Of a stretch of DNA of 64,000 nt, positions 27,190 to 37,452 are shown piece by piece. The translations under genes and the position numbers were made by a program. The DNA is from Mycobacterium sp. (GTDB lineage Bacteria; Actinomycetota; Actinomycetes; Mycobacteriales; Mycobacteriaceae), in contig NZ_JBAPMI010000157.1 of NCBI RefSeq assembly GCF_049278535.1, positions 2,792-66,791 on the forward strand. Direction: 5' to 3'. The notes below the pieces were generated by a model. The model worked only from the letters and a program-made list of their open reading frames with translations. It was not told where the DNA came from and did no database searches. Numbering within the stretch: position 1 is the stretch's first letter; the number at the start of each line of letters is the position of its first letter.

Positions 27190-30100
27190 ATGAGTCAGTC
27201 GTTCGTGCACCTGCATAACCACACCGAGTACTCGATGTTGGATGGTGCCGCGAAGGTCGCGCCGATGCTCGCCGAGGCGCAGCGGCTGGAGATGCCCGCG
27301 ATCGGGATGACCGACCACGGCAACATGTTCGGCGCCAGCGAGTTCTACAACGGGGCCACCGCTGCGGGTATCAAACCGATCATCGGCATCGAGGCCTACG
27401 TCGCGCCGGCTTCCCGGTTCGAGACCAAACGCATTCTGTGGGGTGATCCGGGGCAGAAGAGCGACGACGTGTCCGGCGGCGGCTCCTACACCCACATGAC
27501 GATGGTCGCCGAGAACGCCGCCGGGCTGCGCAATCTGTTCAAGCTTTCGTCGCTGGCCTCCTTCGAGGGCCAGCTGGGCAAATGGTCGCGAATGGACGCC
27601 GAGCTGATCGCCGAGCACGCCAACGGCATCATCGCCACCACCGGCTGTCCGTCCGGGGAGGTGCAGACCCGGCTGCGGCTAGGTCATCACCGCGAAGCGC
27701 TGGAATCCGCCGCCAAGTGGCGCGAGATCTTCGGACCCGAGAACTACTTCCTGGAGCTGATGGACCACGGGCTGTCCATCGAGCGCCGGGTGCGCGACGG
27801 GCTGCTGGAAATCGGTCGCGCGCTGAACATTCCGCCGCTGGCCACCAACGACTGCCACTACGTCACCCGCGACGCCGCGCATAACCACGAGGCGCTGCTG
27901 TGTGTGCAGACCGGCAAGACGCTCACGGACCCGACCCGGTTCAAGTTCGACGGCGACGGCTACTACCTGAAGTCGGCCGCCGAGATGCGGCAGATCTGGG
28001 ACGGAGAGGTCGATGGGGCCTGCGATTCCACTCTGCTGATCGCCGAGCGGGTCAGCTCGTACGCCGACGTGTGGGCACCCCGCGACCGGATGCCGATCTT
28101 TCCGGTGCCCGACGGCCACGACCAGGCGTCCTGGCTGCGCCACGAGGTCGAGGCCGGCCTGCAGCGCCGTTTCCCCGATGGGGCACCCGACGGTTACACC
28201 CAGCGGACCGCGTACGAGATCGAAGTCATCTGCGACAAGGGTTTTCCGTCCTATTTCCTGATCGTCGCCGACCTGATCAATTACGCCCGCTCGGTCGATA
28301 TCCGGGTGGGCCCGGGCCGTGGCTCGGCGGCCGGTTCGCTGGTGGCCTACTCGCTGGGCATCACCGACATCGACCCGATCCAGCACGGGTTGCTATTCGA
28401 GCGGTTCCTCAATCCCGAGCGTGCGTCGATGCCGGATATCGACATCGACTTCGACGACCGTCGCCGCGGCGAAATGGTGCGCTACGCGGCCGAAAAATGG
28501 GGGCAGGATCGCGTTGCGCAGGTCATCACCTTCGGCACGATCAAAACCAAAGCGGCGCTGAAGGATTCCGCACGGATCCACTACGGGCAGCCCGGCTTTG
28601 CGATCGCCGACCGGATCACCAAGGCGCTGCCGCCGGCGATCATGGCCAAAGACATTCCGTTGTCGGGCATCACCGACCCCAACCACGAACGCTACAAAGA
28701 GGCCGCCGAAATCCGCGGGCTGATCGACACCGATCCTGATGTGCGCACGATTTACCAGACCGCCCGTGGACTGGAAGGCCTGATCCGCAACGCCGGCGTG
28801 CACGCCTGCGCGGTGATCATGAGCAGCGAGCCGTTGACCGAGGTCATCCCGTTGTGGAAGCGGCCGCAGGATGGCGCGATCATCACCGGCTGGGACTATC
28901 CGTCGTGCGAGGCGATCGGCCTGCTGAAGATGGACTTCCTCGGGCTGCGCAACCTGACGATCATCGGCGACGCGCTGGAGAACATCAAGGCCAACAGGGG
29001 AATTGACCTCGATCTGGAGTCTTTGGCCCTCGACGACACGGCGACCTACGAGCTGCTGGGCCGCGGCGAGACGCTCGGAGTGTTCCAGCTCGACGGCGGG
29101 CCGATGCGCGACCTGCTGCGCCGCATGCAGCCCACCGGCTTCGAAGACATCGTCGCCGTCCTTGCGCTCTACCGGCCCGGTCCGATGGGCATGAATGCCC
29201 ACAACGATTACGCCGACCGCAAGAACAATCGGCAGGCGATCAAACCGATCCACCCCGAACTCGAGGAACCGCTACGGGAGATCCTCGCCGAGACTTACGG
29301 CCTGATCGTGTATCAGGAGCAGATCATGCGCATCGCGCAGAAGGTGGCCGGCTACTCGCTGGCTCGAGCCGACATTCTGCGTAAGGCGATGGGTAAGAAG
29401 AAACGCGAGGTGCTGGAGAAGGAGTTCGAGGGCTTCTCAGAAGGCATGCAGGGCAACGGCTTCTCAGCCAAGGCGATCAAAGCGCTGTGGGATACCATCC
29501 TGCCGTTCGCGGACTACGCGTTCAACAAGTCGCACGCCGCCGGGTACGGCCTGGTGTCGTACTGGACGGCCTACCTCAAGGCCAACTATCCCGCCGAGTA
29601 CATGGCCGGGCTGCTCACCTCGGTCGGCGACGACAAGGACAAAGCCGCGGTCTATCTGGCCGATTGCCGCAAGCTGGGCATCACCGTGCTGCCGCCGGAC
29701 GTGAATGAATCCGGGCTAAACTTCGCCTCGGTCGGCGCCGATATCCGTTACGGGCTGGGTGCGATCCGCAACGTCGGGGCCAATGTGGTTGCCTCGCTGA
29801 TCAATACCCGTACCGAGAAGGGGAAGTTCACCGATTTCTCCGACTATCTCGGCAAGGTCGATATCGCGGCGTGCAACAAGAAAGTCACCGAATCGCTGAT
29901 CAAGGCCGGCGCATTCGATTCGTTGAAGCACCCGCGCAAGGGGCTGTTCCTGGTGCACACCGACGCAGTCGACTCGGTGCTGGGCACCAAGAAAGCCGAG
30001 GCGATGGGGCAGTTCGACCTGTTCGGTGGCGACCCGAATGACGGCGGAGCGGGCGCCGACGCGGTCTTTACCATCAGGGTCCCCGACGAGGAGTGGGACG

Positions 30101-30732
30101 ACAAGCACAAACTCGCGCTGGAGCGCGAGATGCTGGGCCTCTACGTGTCCGGGCATCCGCTCAACGGAGTCGCGCATCTGCTGGCGACCCAGGTCGACAC
30201 CGCCATCCCGGCGATCCTCGACGGCGATGTCGCCAATGAGACCATGGTGAAGGTCGGCGGCATCCTGGCCTCGGTGAACCGCCGGGTAAATAAGAACGGA
30301 ATGCCCTGGGCATCAGCACAATTGGAAGACCTCACCGGTGGCATCGAAGTGATGTTCTTCCCGCACACCTACTCCGCGTTCGGCGCGGAGGTCGCCGATG
30401 ACACGGTGGTGCTAGTGACAGCCAAAGTCGCTATCAGGGATGACCGGATTTCGTTGATCGCCAACGACCTTGTGGTGCCGGACTTCAGTAATGCGCAGGT
30501 GAATCGGCCGCTGGCGGTCAGCTTGCCGACGCGGCAGTGCACCATCGACAAGGTCAGCGCGCTCAAGCAAGTGCTGGCTCAACACCCGGGCACGTCGCAG
30601 GTGCACCTGCGGCTGCTCAGCGGCGACCGGACTACCACCCTCGAGTTGGACGCGTCACTGCGGGTGACGTTGTCCCCAGCGCTGATGGGCGATCTCAAGG
30701 CGCTGCTTGGTCCGGGCTGTCTGGGCGGTTAG
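27190..30732 (+). CDS. dnaE: DNA polymerase III alpha subunit DnaE1
   Basis: PHP domain [26 protein letters not shown] and PDIDIDF motifs, 1180 aa, colinear with Rv1547. Confidence 0.95.
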   Translation: MSQSFVHLHNHTEYSMLDGAAKVAPMLAEAQRLEMPAIGMTDHGNMFGASEFYNGATAAGIKPIIGIEAYVAPASRFETKRILWGDPGQKSDDVSGGGSYTHMTMVAENAAGLRNLFKLSSLASFEGQLGKWSRMDAELIAEHANGIIATTGCPSGEVQTRLRLGHHREALESAAKWREIFGPENYFLELMDHGLSIERRVRDGLLEIGRALNIPPLATNDCHYVTRDAAHNHEALLCVQTGKTLTDPTRFKFDGDGYYLKSAAEMRQIWDGEVDGACDSTLLIAERVSSYADVWAPRDRMPIFPVPDGHDQASWLRHEVEAGLQRRFPDGAPDGYTQRTAYEIEVICDKGFPSYFLIVADLINYARSVDIRVGPGRGSAAGSLVAYSLGITDIDPIQHGLLFERFLNPERASMPDIDIDFDDRRRGEMVRYAAEKWGQDRVAQVITFGTIKTKAALKDSARIHYGQPGFAIADRITKALPPAIMAKDIPLSGITDPNHERYKEAAEIRGLIDTDPDVRTIYQTARGLEGLIRNAGVHACAVIMSSEPLTEVIPLWKRPQDGAIITGWDYPSCEAIGLLKMDFLGLRNLTIIGDALENIKANRGIDLDLESLALDDTATYELLGRGETLGVFQLDGGPMRDLLRRMQPTGFEDIVAVLALYRPGPMGMNAHNDYADRKNNRQAIKPIHPELEEPLREILAETYGLIVYQEQIMRIAQKVAGYSLARADILRKAMGKKKREVLEKEFEGFSEGMQGNGFSAKAIKALWDTILPFADYAFNKSHAAGYGLVSYWTAYLKANYPAEYMAGLLTSVGDDKDKAAVYLADCRKLGITVLPPDVNESGLNFASVGADIRYGLGAIRNVGANVVASLINTRTEKGKFTDFSDYLGKVDIAACNKKVTESLIKAGAFDSLKHPRKGLFLVHTDAVDSVLGTKKAEAMGQFDLFGGDPNDGGAGADAVFTIRVPDEEWDDKHKLALEREMLGLYVSGHPLNGVAHLLATQVDTAIPAILDGDVANETMVKVGGILASVNRRVNKNGMPWASAQLEDLTGGIEVMFFPHTYSAFGAEVADDTVVLVTAKVAIRDDRISLIANDLVVPDFSNAQVNRPLAVSLPTRQCTIDKVSALKQVLAQHPGTSQVHLRLLSGDRTTTLELDASLRVTLSPALMGDLKALLGPGCLGG

Positions 30733-30744
30733 GCGGACAACCGA

Positions 30745-30790
30745 AGCGCGGCTCGTGCTGGGTGTGTGGGAGCACCCCGCGCTGCCTTTT
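30745..30790 (+). terminator. candidate intrinsic terminator after dnaE1
   Basis: AGCGCGG...GTGCT-loop-AGCAC...CCGCGCT stem followed by GCCTTTT. It starts 12 nt after the dnaE1 stop and lies just before the convergent methyltransferase stop. Confidence 0.4.
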
Positions 30791-30796
30791 GGAGTT

Positions 30797-31618
30797 TCAG
30801 AAGTGGTAGCGCAGGATCCGTGCCGTGCGGGCACCGGACTTGGTCATCCCCATCAGCCGGGTCGCCACCCGGGGAACCATCGGGTACAGGTCGATCTCGG
30901 GCGCATGCGACAGGCTGGTCTCCTCGACCAGTCGCAGCCGTGGAGTCCAGCTCTCCGGTACGTGGGCGTCGTTGAAACCCCGGTAATTCCACTGGGTTCC
31001 GACCGCGCTGAAGACCACCTTCATCGCCGCGATGTTGAGGCGACTGACGCGGCCGTAGTCGTTTATCGCTATCTCGCCCGACCGGAAATGCTCGGGTATG
31101 TGGCGAAACAGGTTGACGATCACCCGCTCCGAGATGAACGCCAGCAGACCGTCGGCGATCAGCATGGTGGGCCGGTCGGGCGGAATGTTGTCGGTCCAGG
31201 CATCGTCGGCCAGCGACGCCGCCACCGAATGCGCGTGGTCGTCGGCGGGCACCAACTCGTCGCGCAGCGCGATGACGTTGGGCAGATCGATGCTGTACCA
31301 GTCGACCGTCGTCGGGGGCGCCACCCGCTGCATGGCCGTGCCCAGGCCCGCGCCGAGGTCGACGATGACGGCGCCTGGGTGTTCTGCGATGAACTGGCGG
31401 GCCCGGTCGTCGAGCATCTTCGCGCGCAGCGCAGTCTGGCGTATCGCGCTCGATGGCACTCCCAAACTGTCGAAGTCGTAGTCGATCTTGGCGACGATCT
31501 CCGCGGCCAGGGTGTCGCCGAGTATCGGCCTGGGCCAACGGCTGTCGACCGCACGGGCGTACTGGGTGACAAACGCGGTCTGCTCGACAGGCGTCAAGTC
31601 GCTGATCGCAATTCCCAT
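30797..31618 (-). CDS. class I SAM-dependent methyltransferase (mycobacterial putative O-methyltransferase family)
   Basis: SAM motif I VIVDLGAGLGT. ATG at 31618 is preceded by TACCTT-N6. The track ORF upstream of this start is not needed. Confidence 0.7.
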   Translation of the reverse strand: MGIAISDLTPVEQTAFVTQYARAVDSRWPRPILGDTLAAEIVAKIDYDFDSLGVPSSAIRQTALRAKMLDDRARQFIAEHPGAVIVDLGAGLGTAMQRVAPPTTVDWYSIDLPNVIALRDELVPADDHAHSVAASLADDAWTDNIPPDRPTMLIADGLLAFISERVIVNLFRHIPEHFRSGEIAINDYGRVSRLNIAAMKVVFSAVGTQWNYRGFNDAHVPESWTPRLRLVEETSLSHAPEIDLYPMVPRVATRLMGMTKSGARTARILRYHF

Positions 31619-31624
31619 ACCGGC

Positions 31625-31630
31625 AAGGTA
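31625..31630 (-). promoter_or_regulatory. -10 hexamer TACCTT, 6 nt before ATG 31618 (leaderless layout)
   Basis: The minus strand reads TACCTT GCCGGT ATG. Confidence 0.35.
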
Positions 31631-31639
31631 CTCCGGGAC

Positions 31640-31645
31640 TAGCCT
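31640..31645 (+). promoter_or_regulatory. -10 hexamer TAGCCT, 7 nt before GTG 31653 (leaderless layout)
   Basis: The plus strand reads TAGCCT CGGCTGG GTG. Confidence 0.3.
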
Positions 31646-31652
31646 CGGCTGG

Positions 31653-33485
31653 GTGACCGAATCGAAAACCCAGCCACCGACCACATTGTGCGAGGCATTC
31701 CAACGGACCGCGGCGATCGATCCGGATGCGGTCGCGCTGCGTACACCGGGCGGTGGCCAGGCGATGACTTGGCGGGAGTACGCGGACGACGTGCGCCGGG
31801 TGGCAGCCGGGCTGCACGGGCTGGGGGTCCGCCGCGGCGACACGGTCTCGCTGATGATGGCCAACCGCATCGAGTTCTATCCGCTGGAAGTGGGCGCCCA
31901 GCACGTCGGCGCCACCTCGTTCTCGGTGTACAACACGCTGGCCCCCGAGCAGCTGACCTATGTCTTCGACAATGCCGGCACCACAGTGGTGATCTGCGAG
32001 CAGCAGTACGTCGACCGGATCCGGGCCAGCGGCGCGACACTCGAGCACATCATCTGCATCGACGGCGCCCCGGACGGCACCCTGTCGCTGGATGATCTGT
32101 ACGCGGCCGCGACGGACGACTTCGATTTCGAGGCGACCTGGCGGGCGGTGCGCGCCGAGGACGTGATCACTTTGATCTACACCTCCGGGACGACGGGTAA
32201 TCCCAAGGGCGTCGAGATGACGCACGCCCATCTGCTGTTCGAGGCCCAAGCCCTCGACGCCGTTCTGGGAGTTCGGTTCGGCGACCGCGTGACGTCCTTC
32301 CTGCCGTCGGCGCACATCGCCGACCGCACGATGGCGCTGTACAACAACGAGGTGTTCGGTGCGCAGATCACCGTGGTCCCCGATGCCCGTGAGATCGCCG
32401 CCGCGTTGGCCGACGTGCACCCGAACACCTGGGGTGCTGTCCCGCGAGTATGGGAAAAGCTCAAGGCCGCAATTGAATTCGCGACAGCGCACGAGCCGGA
32501 TGAGACTAAACACCAAGCTCTGCAGTGGTCGATGTCGGTCGCGGCCAAAAAGGCGGCCGCGTTGGTCGCCGGGGAGACGCTCTCCGACGAGGTAACTGCG
32601 GAATGGGCTCAAGCCGACGAACTGGTGTTCTCGAAGCTGCGTGCCAAGCTCGGATTCGACGAGTTGCGCTGGGCGGTCTCCGGCGCGGCGCCGATCCCGC
32701 GGGAGACCCTGGCATTCTTCGCCGGCATCGGGATCGATATCGCCGAGGTGTGGGGTATGTCGGAGCTGAGTTGCGTTGCCAGCGTGACACATCCGGCCGA
32801 TGCGCGGCTAGGCTCGGTGGGCAAGCTGCTGCCCGGGCTGGAGTCCAAGATCGCCGAGGACGGCGAGTACCTGGTGCGCGGACCGCTGGTGATGAAGGGC
32901 TACCGCGGCGAGCCGGCCAAGACGGCGGAGGCCATCGACCCCGACGGCTGGCTGCACACCGGCGACATTCTGGAGGTCGACGCCGACGGTTACCTGCGGA
33001 TCGTCGACCGCAAGAAAGAGCTGATCATCAACGAAGCCGGAAAGAACATGTCACCGGCGAACATTGAGACCACGATCCTGGCGGCCTGCCCGATGGTCGG
33101 CGCAATGCTGACAGTCGGCGACGGTCGTCCCTACAACACCGCATTGCTGGTGTTCGACGCCGACTCGGTCGGCCCGATCGCGGCCGACCTCGGACTCGAC
33201 GATGCCTCGCCGGAGGCCCTGGCGGCCCACCCGCAGATGCTGGAGAAGATCTCGGCGGGCGTGGCTGCGGGCAACGCCAGACTGTCGAGGGTCGAGCAGA
33301 TCAAGCGTTTCCGCGTGCTACCCGCGTTGTGGGAGCCTGGCGGCGAAGAGATCACGCTCACGATGAAACTCAAACGCCGCCCGATCATGGCGAAGTACGC
33401 CGCCGAGATCAAGGGGCTGTATGCGAAAGAACCGGGCCCGGATGTTCACGAGCCCGCCCGCGCAGAGACGACGCAGGGGGTTTGA
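31653..33485 (+). CDS. fadD: long-chain fatty-acid-CoA ligase (FadD11-like AMP-binding enzyme)
   Basis: AMP-binding motif YTSGTTGNPKGV, TGD and RKKELII motifs. The position matches fadD11 in the H37Rv order. Confidence 0.8.
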   Translation: MTESKTQPPTTLCEAFQRTAAIDPDAVALRTPGGGQAMTWREYADDVRRVAAGLHGLGVRRGDTVSLMMANRIEFYPLEVGAQHVGATSFSVYNTLAPEQLTYVFDNAGTTVVICEQQYVDRIRASGATLEHIICIDGAPDGTLSLDDLYAAATDDFDFEATWRAVRAEDVITLIYTSGTTGNPKGVEMTHAHLLFEAQALDAVLGVRFGDRVTSFLPSAHIADRTMALYNNEVFGAQITVVPDAREIAAALADVHPNTWGAVPRVWEKLKAAIEFATAHEPDETKHQALQWSMSVAAKKAAALVAGETLSDEVTAEWAQADELVFSKLRAKLGFDELRWAVSGAAPIPRETLAFFAGIGIDIAEVWGMSELSCVASVTHPADARLGSVGKLLPGLESKIAEDGEYLVRGPLVMKGYRGEPAKTAEAIDPDGWLHTGDILEVDADGYLRIVDRKKELIINEAGKNMSPANIETTILAACPMVGAMLTVGDGRPYNTALLVFDADSVGPIAADLGLDDASPEALAAHPQMLEKISAGVAAGNARLSRVEQIKRFRVLPALWEPGGEEITLTMKLKRRPIMAKYAAEIKGLYAKEPGPDVHEPARAETTQGV

Positions 33486-33487
33486 CC

Positions 33488-34714
33488 TCAGCTGGCCTTG
33501 CGGCGAGCGCGCTGGGCCAGCATGGCAGTCGCCAACCCGCTTCGCCGCACATCTTCGCCTACTAGTGCAGAGTCCGGTTGTTTCAACGCATTCCGGAACT
33601 TGTTCTCCGAAGCCGTTTCTGGTGCGTCATCGCAGGTGGCGGAGAGATACCGAGTGGGCAGCGCCAATTTGCAGATGGTGCGCACGGTGAGTAGGTATTG
33701 ACGTAGGAATGAGTCTGTGGTGTAAGGCAAGTCGTAGGTGACGCACAACGCGCGGACCCGCTCGGAGATCTCGGGCAGGCGATTGCTGGGCAAATCGGGA
33801 AACAGGTGATGTTCGATCTGGTAGCAGAGGTTTCCGCTCATGAATGCCAGTACCGGACCGGCCCGGAAGTTCGCGGTGCCCAGCATCTGTCGCAGATACC
33901 ATTGCGGCTTCGTCTCGTCGTCCAATACCGAGGCGGTGAATTTCTCCGCGCCGTCGGCGAAGTGTCCGCAGACGATGACGATGTAGGCCCACCCATTGCG
34001 AAGCCCATTGGCCACCACGGTGGCTCCGAGTGTGCGGCGCCACCGCCTGAGGCTCAAGGCAGGGAAGAGCACATAATCTTTGACGGCTTGCCGGACCATC
34101 TTGCGGACCATCGTCTTGGTGTGGGCAGACTTGGCCTCGTCGGTGTCCTCGCGTTCCTGCACCGAATACAGGCCGTGCATGGCAACGCCCCATTCGAACA
34201 GCGCCGCCAGCAGCACCGCTCGTAGTGGCTGGAAAAGGTTGCTCGGCCGCCACTCCTGGTCGCGGGTGACCCGCAGAACGCCGAAGCCGAGGTCGTGGTC
34301 CACATCGACAACGTTGGTGAAGACATGGTGACGGTGGTTGTGCGAGGACATCCAGTGCGCGGAGGGACCGACCATGTCCCATTCCCACGTCGCGGAGTGG
34401 ATTTCCGGATCGTTCATCCAATCCCACTGACCGTGGGTGATGTTGTGGGCCAGTTCCATGTTTTCGATGCACTTGGCAACGGCCAACCCGACGGTGCCGC
34501 AGATCCAGCCAAACCTGGTCTTGCTGCCAAGAATGGTCAGCCTCGCCGCGACCTCGAGGCATCGCTGAATAGCGATCGCGCGCCGGATGTATTCCATGTC
34601 CTTGGTGCCGCGGGACTGCTCGATGTCGCAGCGAATCGTGTCCAACTCGGCCGCGAGCGCGGCGACATCCGCGTCACTCAGATGGGCGTATTCAGGTACC
34701 TCGGCGATTGCCAT
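33488..34714 (-). CDS. membrane fatty acyl desaturase (DesA3-like, three His boxes)
   Basis: His boxes HNITHG, HNHRHH and QIEHHLFP. Confidence 0.85.
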   Translation of the reverse strand: MAIAEVPEYAHLSDADVAALAAELDTIRCDIEQSRGTKDMEYIRRAIAIQRCLEVAARLTILGSKTRFGWICGTVGLAVAKCIENMELAHNITHGQWDWMNDPEIHSATWEWDMVGPSAHWMSSHNHRHHVFTNVVDVDHDLGFGVLRVTRDQEWRPSNLFQPLRAVLLAALFEWGVAMHGLYSVQEREDTDEAKSAHTKTMVRKMVRQAVKDYVLFPALSLRRWRRTLGATVVANGLRNGWAYIVIVCGHFADGAEKFTASVLDDETKPQWYLRQMLGTANFRAGPVLAFMSGNLCYQIEHHLFPDLPSNRLPEISERVRALCVTYDLPYTTDSFLRQYLLTVRTICKLALPTRYLSATCDDAPETASENKFRNALKQPDSALVGEDVRRSGLATAMLAQRARRKAS

Positions 34715-34942
34715 AGAGGCTTATCGGTGACGGGCAGCGTTGGGGTATGGCCCGATTCGCGCGAGGGCGCGCAACGACCAGCTGGACGGTTCGAGCATTT
34801 GCTTGAATACCTGCTTTATCGGCTCTGCGCCGTCCGGTTGACCGTGGATTGTCGATGTCGCTCGCAGACTCTACACGGGAAGCATTACTGCAGGGTCTCC
34901 GCGCGATCTCGATGCACTGCGCGGCCGGGTTTAAGGTGAGGT

Positions 34943-35380
34943 ATGCCACTCGAAGGTGAATATGCACCATCCCCCTGGGACTGGTCTCGCGAGCAAGCCG
35001 ACAAGTACGCCGAGTCCGGCGGAGCCGATGCCGCCGACATGAAGGGCAAGCCGATCATCCTGCTGACCACCGTCGGCGCCAAGACCGGCAAGCTCCGCAA
35101 AACCCCGCTGATGCGCGTCGAACACGACGGGGAGTATGCCGTGGTCGCATCGCTGGGCGGCGCCCCGAAAAACCCCGTTTGGTACTACAACATCGCCAAG
35201 AATCCGCGGGTGGAACTGCAGGACGGCGCCGTCACGCGCGACTACGACGCGCGCGAGGTTTTCGGAGACGAGAAGGCCTTGTGGTGGGAGCGGGCAGTGC
35301 AGGCCTGGCCGGACTACGCCGACTATCAGACCAAGACTGACCGGCAAATTCCGGTCTTTGTGCTCACCCCTGTGCACTGA
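34943..35380 (+). CDS. deazaflavin (F420H2)-dependent nitroreductase-family protein (Ddn/Rv1558-like)
   Basis: [18 protein letters not shown]...[12 protein letters not shown]...IPVFVL pattern. AAGGTGAGG lies upstream of the ATG. Confidence 0.8.
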   Translation: MPLEGEYAPSPWDWSREQADKYAESGGADAADMKGKPIILLTTVGAKTGKLRKTPLMRVEHDGEYAVVASLGGAPKNPVWYYNIAKNPRVELQDGAVTRDYDAREVFGDEKALWWERAVQAWPDYADYQTKTDRQIPVFVLTPVH

Positions 35381-35408
35381 ACGCGCAGCGTGGTGGCACC
35401 ATTGACCG

Positions 35409-36707
35409 GTGTCCGCCGAACTGAGCCAGAGCCCGAGCACCGGCGGTAGTGGGCCGCTGCCGTCCTTTTCAGCGGCCGATGTCGACAGTGCGGCGAAGCG
35501 AATCGCGGGGGTGGTCACGCCCACGCCCCTTCAGCTGTCCGATCGGTTGTCCGCGACAACCGGGGCGAACGTGTACCTCAAGCGTGAAGACCTGCAGACG
35601 GTGCGCTCCTACAAGCTGCGTGGCGCCTACAACCTGCTCGTCCAGCTGTCTGCCGAGGAGATCGCCGCCGGTGTGGTGTGCTCATCGGCGGGCAATCATG
35701 CCCAGGGCTTCGCCTACGCCTGCCGGACCCTTGGTGTTCGCGGTCGCGTTTACGTTCCGGCCAAGACGCCGAAGCAGAAGCGTGATCGCATCCGCTACCA
35801 CGGCGGGGAGTTCATCGAGCTGATTGTGGGCGGATCGACCTACGATCTGGCGGCCGAGGCCGCGCTCGCCGACGTGGCGCGCACCGGAGCGACGCTGGTT
35901 CCACCGTTCGACGACCCGCGCACCATCGCCGGCCAGGGCACGATCGCGGTCGAAATACTCAGCCAGCTCGAGGACGAGCCGGACCTGGTCGTGGTCCCGG
36001 TCGGCGGCGGCGGGTGCATCGCCGGCATCACCACGTACCTTGCCGAGCGGACGAGCAACACCGCCGTGCTCGGTATCGAGCCGGCAGGAGCGGCGGCGAT
36101 GATGGCCGCACTGGCCAGCGGGGGCCCGGTGACTCTCGATCACGTCGACCAGTTCGTCGACGGCGCCGCTGTCAGCCGGGCCGGCAAACTGACCTACGCC
36201 GCCCTGGCCGCCGCCGGCGACATGGTGTCGATCACCGCCGTCGACGAGGGGGCGGTGTGCACCGCGATGCTGGACCTGTATCAGCACGAGGGCATCATCG
36301 CCGAGCCGGCGGGTGCACTGGCGGTGGCCGGCTTGCTGGATGCCAACGTCGAGCCTGGCTCCACCGTGGTGTGCCTGGTGTCCGGTGGCAACAACGATGT
36401 GTCGCGGTACGGGGAGATACTCGAGCGGTCGCTGGTCCACCTCGGTCTCAAGCACTACTTCCTGGTCGACTTCCCGCAGGAGCCCGGCGCGCTGCGGCGC
36501 TTCCTGGACGGCGTGCTCGGACCGAACGACGACATCACGTTGTTCGAGTACGTCAAGCGCAACAACCGGGAGACTGGCGAGGCTCTAGTCGGTATCGAGT
36601 TAGGCTCAGCCGCCGGCCTGGACGGCTTGCTGGAACGCATGCGGGCCACCGAGATGCAGATCGAAGCCATCGAGCCGGGCTCGCCGGCGTATCGCTATCT
36701 GTTGTAG
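35409..36707 (+). CDS. ilvA: threonine ammonia-lyase (biosynthetic) IlvA
   Basis: Near-identical in long stretches to M. tuberculosis IlvA (MSAELSQSP..., REDLQTVRSYKLRGAYN, SAGNHAQG, ...GSPAYRYLL). Confidence 0.93.
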   Translation: MSAELSQSPSTGGSGPLPSFSAADVDSAAKRIAGVVTPTPLQLSDRLSATTGANVYLKREDLQTVRSYKLRGAYNLLVQLSAEEIAAGVVCSSAGNHAQGFAYACRTLGVRGRVYVPAKTPKQKRDRIRYHGGEFIELIVGGSTYDLAAEAALADVARTGATLVPPFDDPRTIAGQGTIAVEILSQLEDEPDLVVVPVGGGGCIAGITTYLAERTSNTAVLGIEPAGAAAMMAALASGGPVTLDHVDQFVDGAAVSRAGKLTYAALAAAGDMVSITAVDEGAVCTAMLDLYQHEGIIAEPAGALAVAGLLDANVEPGSTVVCLVSGGNNDVSRYGEILERSLVHLGLKHYFLVDFPQEPGALRRFLDGVLGPNDDITLFEYVKRNNRETGEALVGIELGSAAGLDGLLERMRATEMQIEAIEPGSPAYRYLL

Positions 36708-36729
36708 GCGCAGACGTTTCCGGTGTCGC

Positions 36730-36963
36730 TCAGCGGATGGCTTCGACGGCCCTTTTCGCCTCGGCCAGATCGGCGCCGGTGATCCTGCGGTACTCCTTGA
36801 TCGCGGCGATCAAGTTGCCGGCGCGGGCCAGTTCGACCACGGCGGCCGGCATCCCGGATGCGTTGGCCGATGCGAAGGGCACGTAGCTGTCGGGAAACAG
36901 TGCCTGGAGCTGCTTTTCGATGTAATCGAGACGGGCTCTGGCGCCGTAGTCGATTTCACTCAC
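36730..36963 (-). CDS. small protein with ribosomal L7/L12 C-terminal-domain-like segment
   Basis: GNLIAAIKEYRRITGADLAEAKRAVEAI follows the L7/L12 CTD pattern K.A.IK.VR..TG..L.EAK..VE. GTG at 36963 is preceded by TAGCTT-N6. Confidence 0.5.
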   Translation of the reverse strand: MSEIDYGARARLDYIEKQLQALFPDSYVPFASANASGMPAAVVELARAGNLIAAIKEYRRITGADLAEAKRAVEAIR

Positions 36964-36969
36964 ACGCGA

Positions 36970-36975
36970 AAGCTA
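36970..36975 (-). promoter_or_regulatory. -10 hexamer TAGCTT, 6 nt before GTG 36963 (leaderless layout)
   Basis: The minus strand reads TAGCTT TCGCGT GTG. Confidence 0.35.
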
Positions 36976-36990
36976 CCCGATCGACGTCGG

Positions 36991-37416
36991 CTAGCCCAGT
37001 ACTGCGATCGATTCATCGTTGGCGCGAAAGATCGGTTCCAGCGGCACGGCGAACCGGGCGGCCATATCGGTCAGCGCCTTCGACCAGACAAGCTCGGTGG
37101 TCGAGATCGGTCCGCGTCCGGGCCCGGAGAGCAGTAAAGGCACTGTGGTGCTCGGCTCCAGGTCGTCGAGCAGGGTCCGCAATGACGACATCAGGTTCCA
37201 GACGATCGGGCCCCGGGGACGGGGGCGGATCGCCACCCGGCTGATTTTCTGGGCAAAGCACCGGTCTGGCCCGATCAGACCGAACCACAGCAACCGCGTC
37301 CCAAAACCCAACGGCCCCATCAGCGCGCGCCATCGCTCACGCAGATCTTCGGCCGAATGCACCGGATCGCATGCGGTGTGGATGGGTGGGATCGGCAACA
37401 GCTCGGGTTGGCTCAT
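36991..37416 (-). CDS. hypothetical protein
   Basis: 141-aa ORF directly downstream of treZ on the same strand. No family recognised. Confidence 0.4.
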   Translation of the reverse strand: MSQPELLPIPPIHTACDPVHSAEDLRERWRALMGPLGFGTRLLWFGLIGPDRCFAQKISRVAIRPRPRGPIVWNLMSSLRTLLDDLEPSTTVPLLLSGPGRGPISTTELVWSKALTDMAARFAVPLEPIFRANDESIAVLG

Positions 37417-37452
37417 CCGCGCATCATCAGCGGCGTGCAGCGGTGCCGGTAG

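Noticed and set aside
30729-32792. 687-aa minus-strand ORF spanning the methyltransferase and fadD genes
   Set aside because: It is Arg/Pro/Gly-rich and lies out of frame within the methyltransferase gene and antisense to fadD, both of which have clear motifs. It is a GC-content artefact. The same reasoning applies to 22923-24095, 42020-43648, 43670-44746, 60472-61434, 47972-48817 and 58084-59280.
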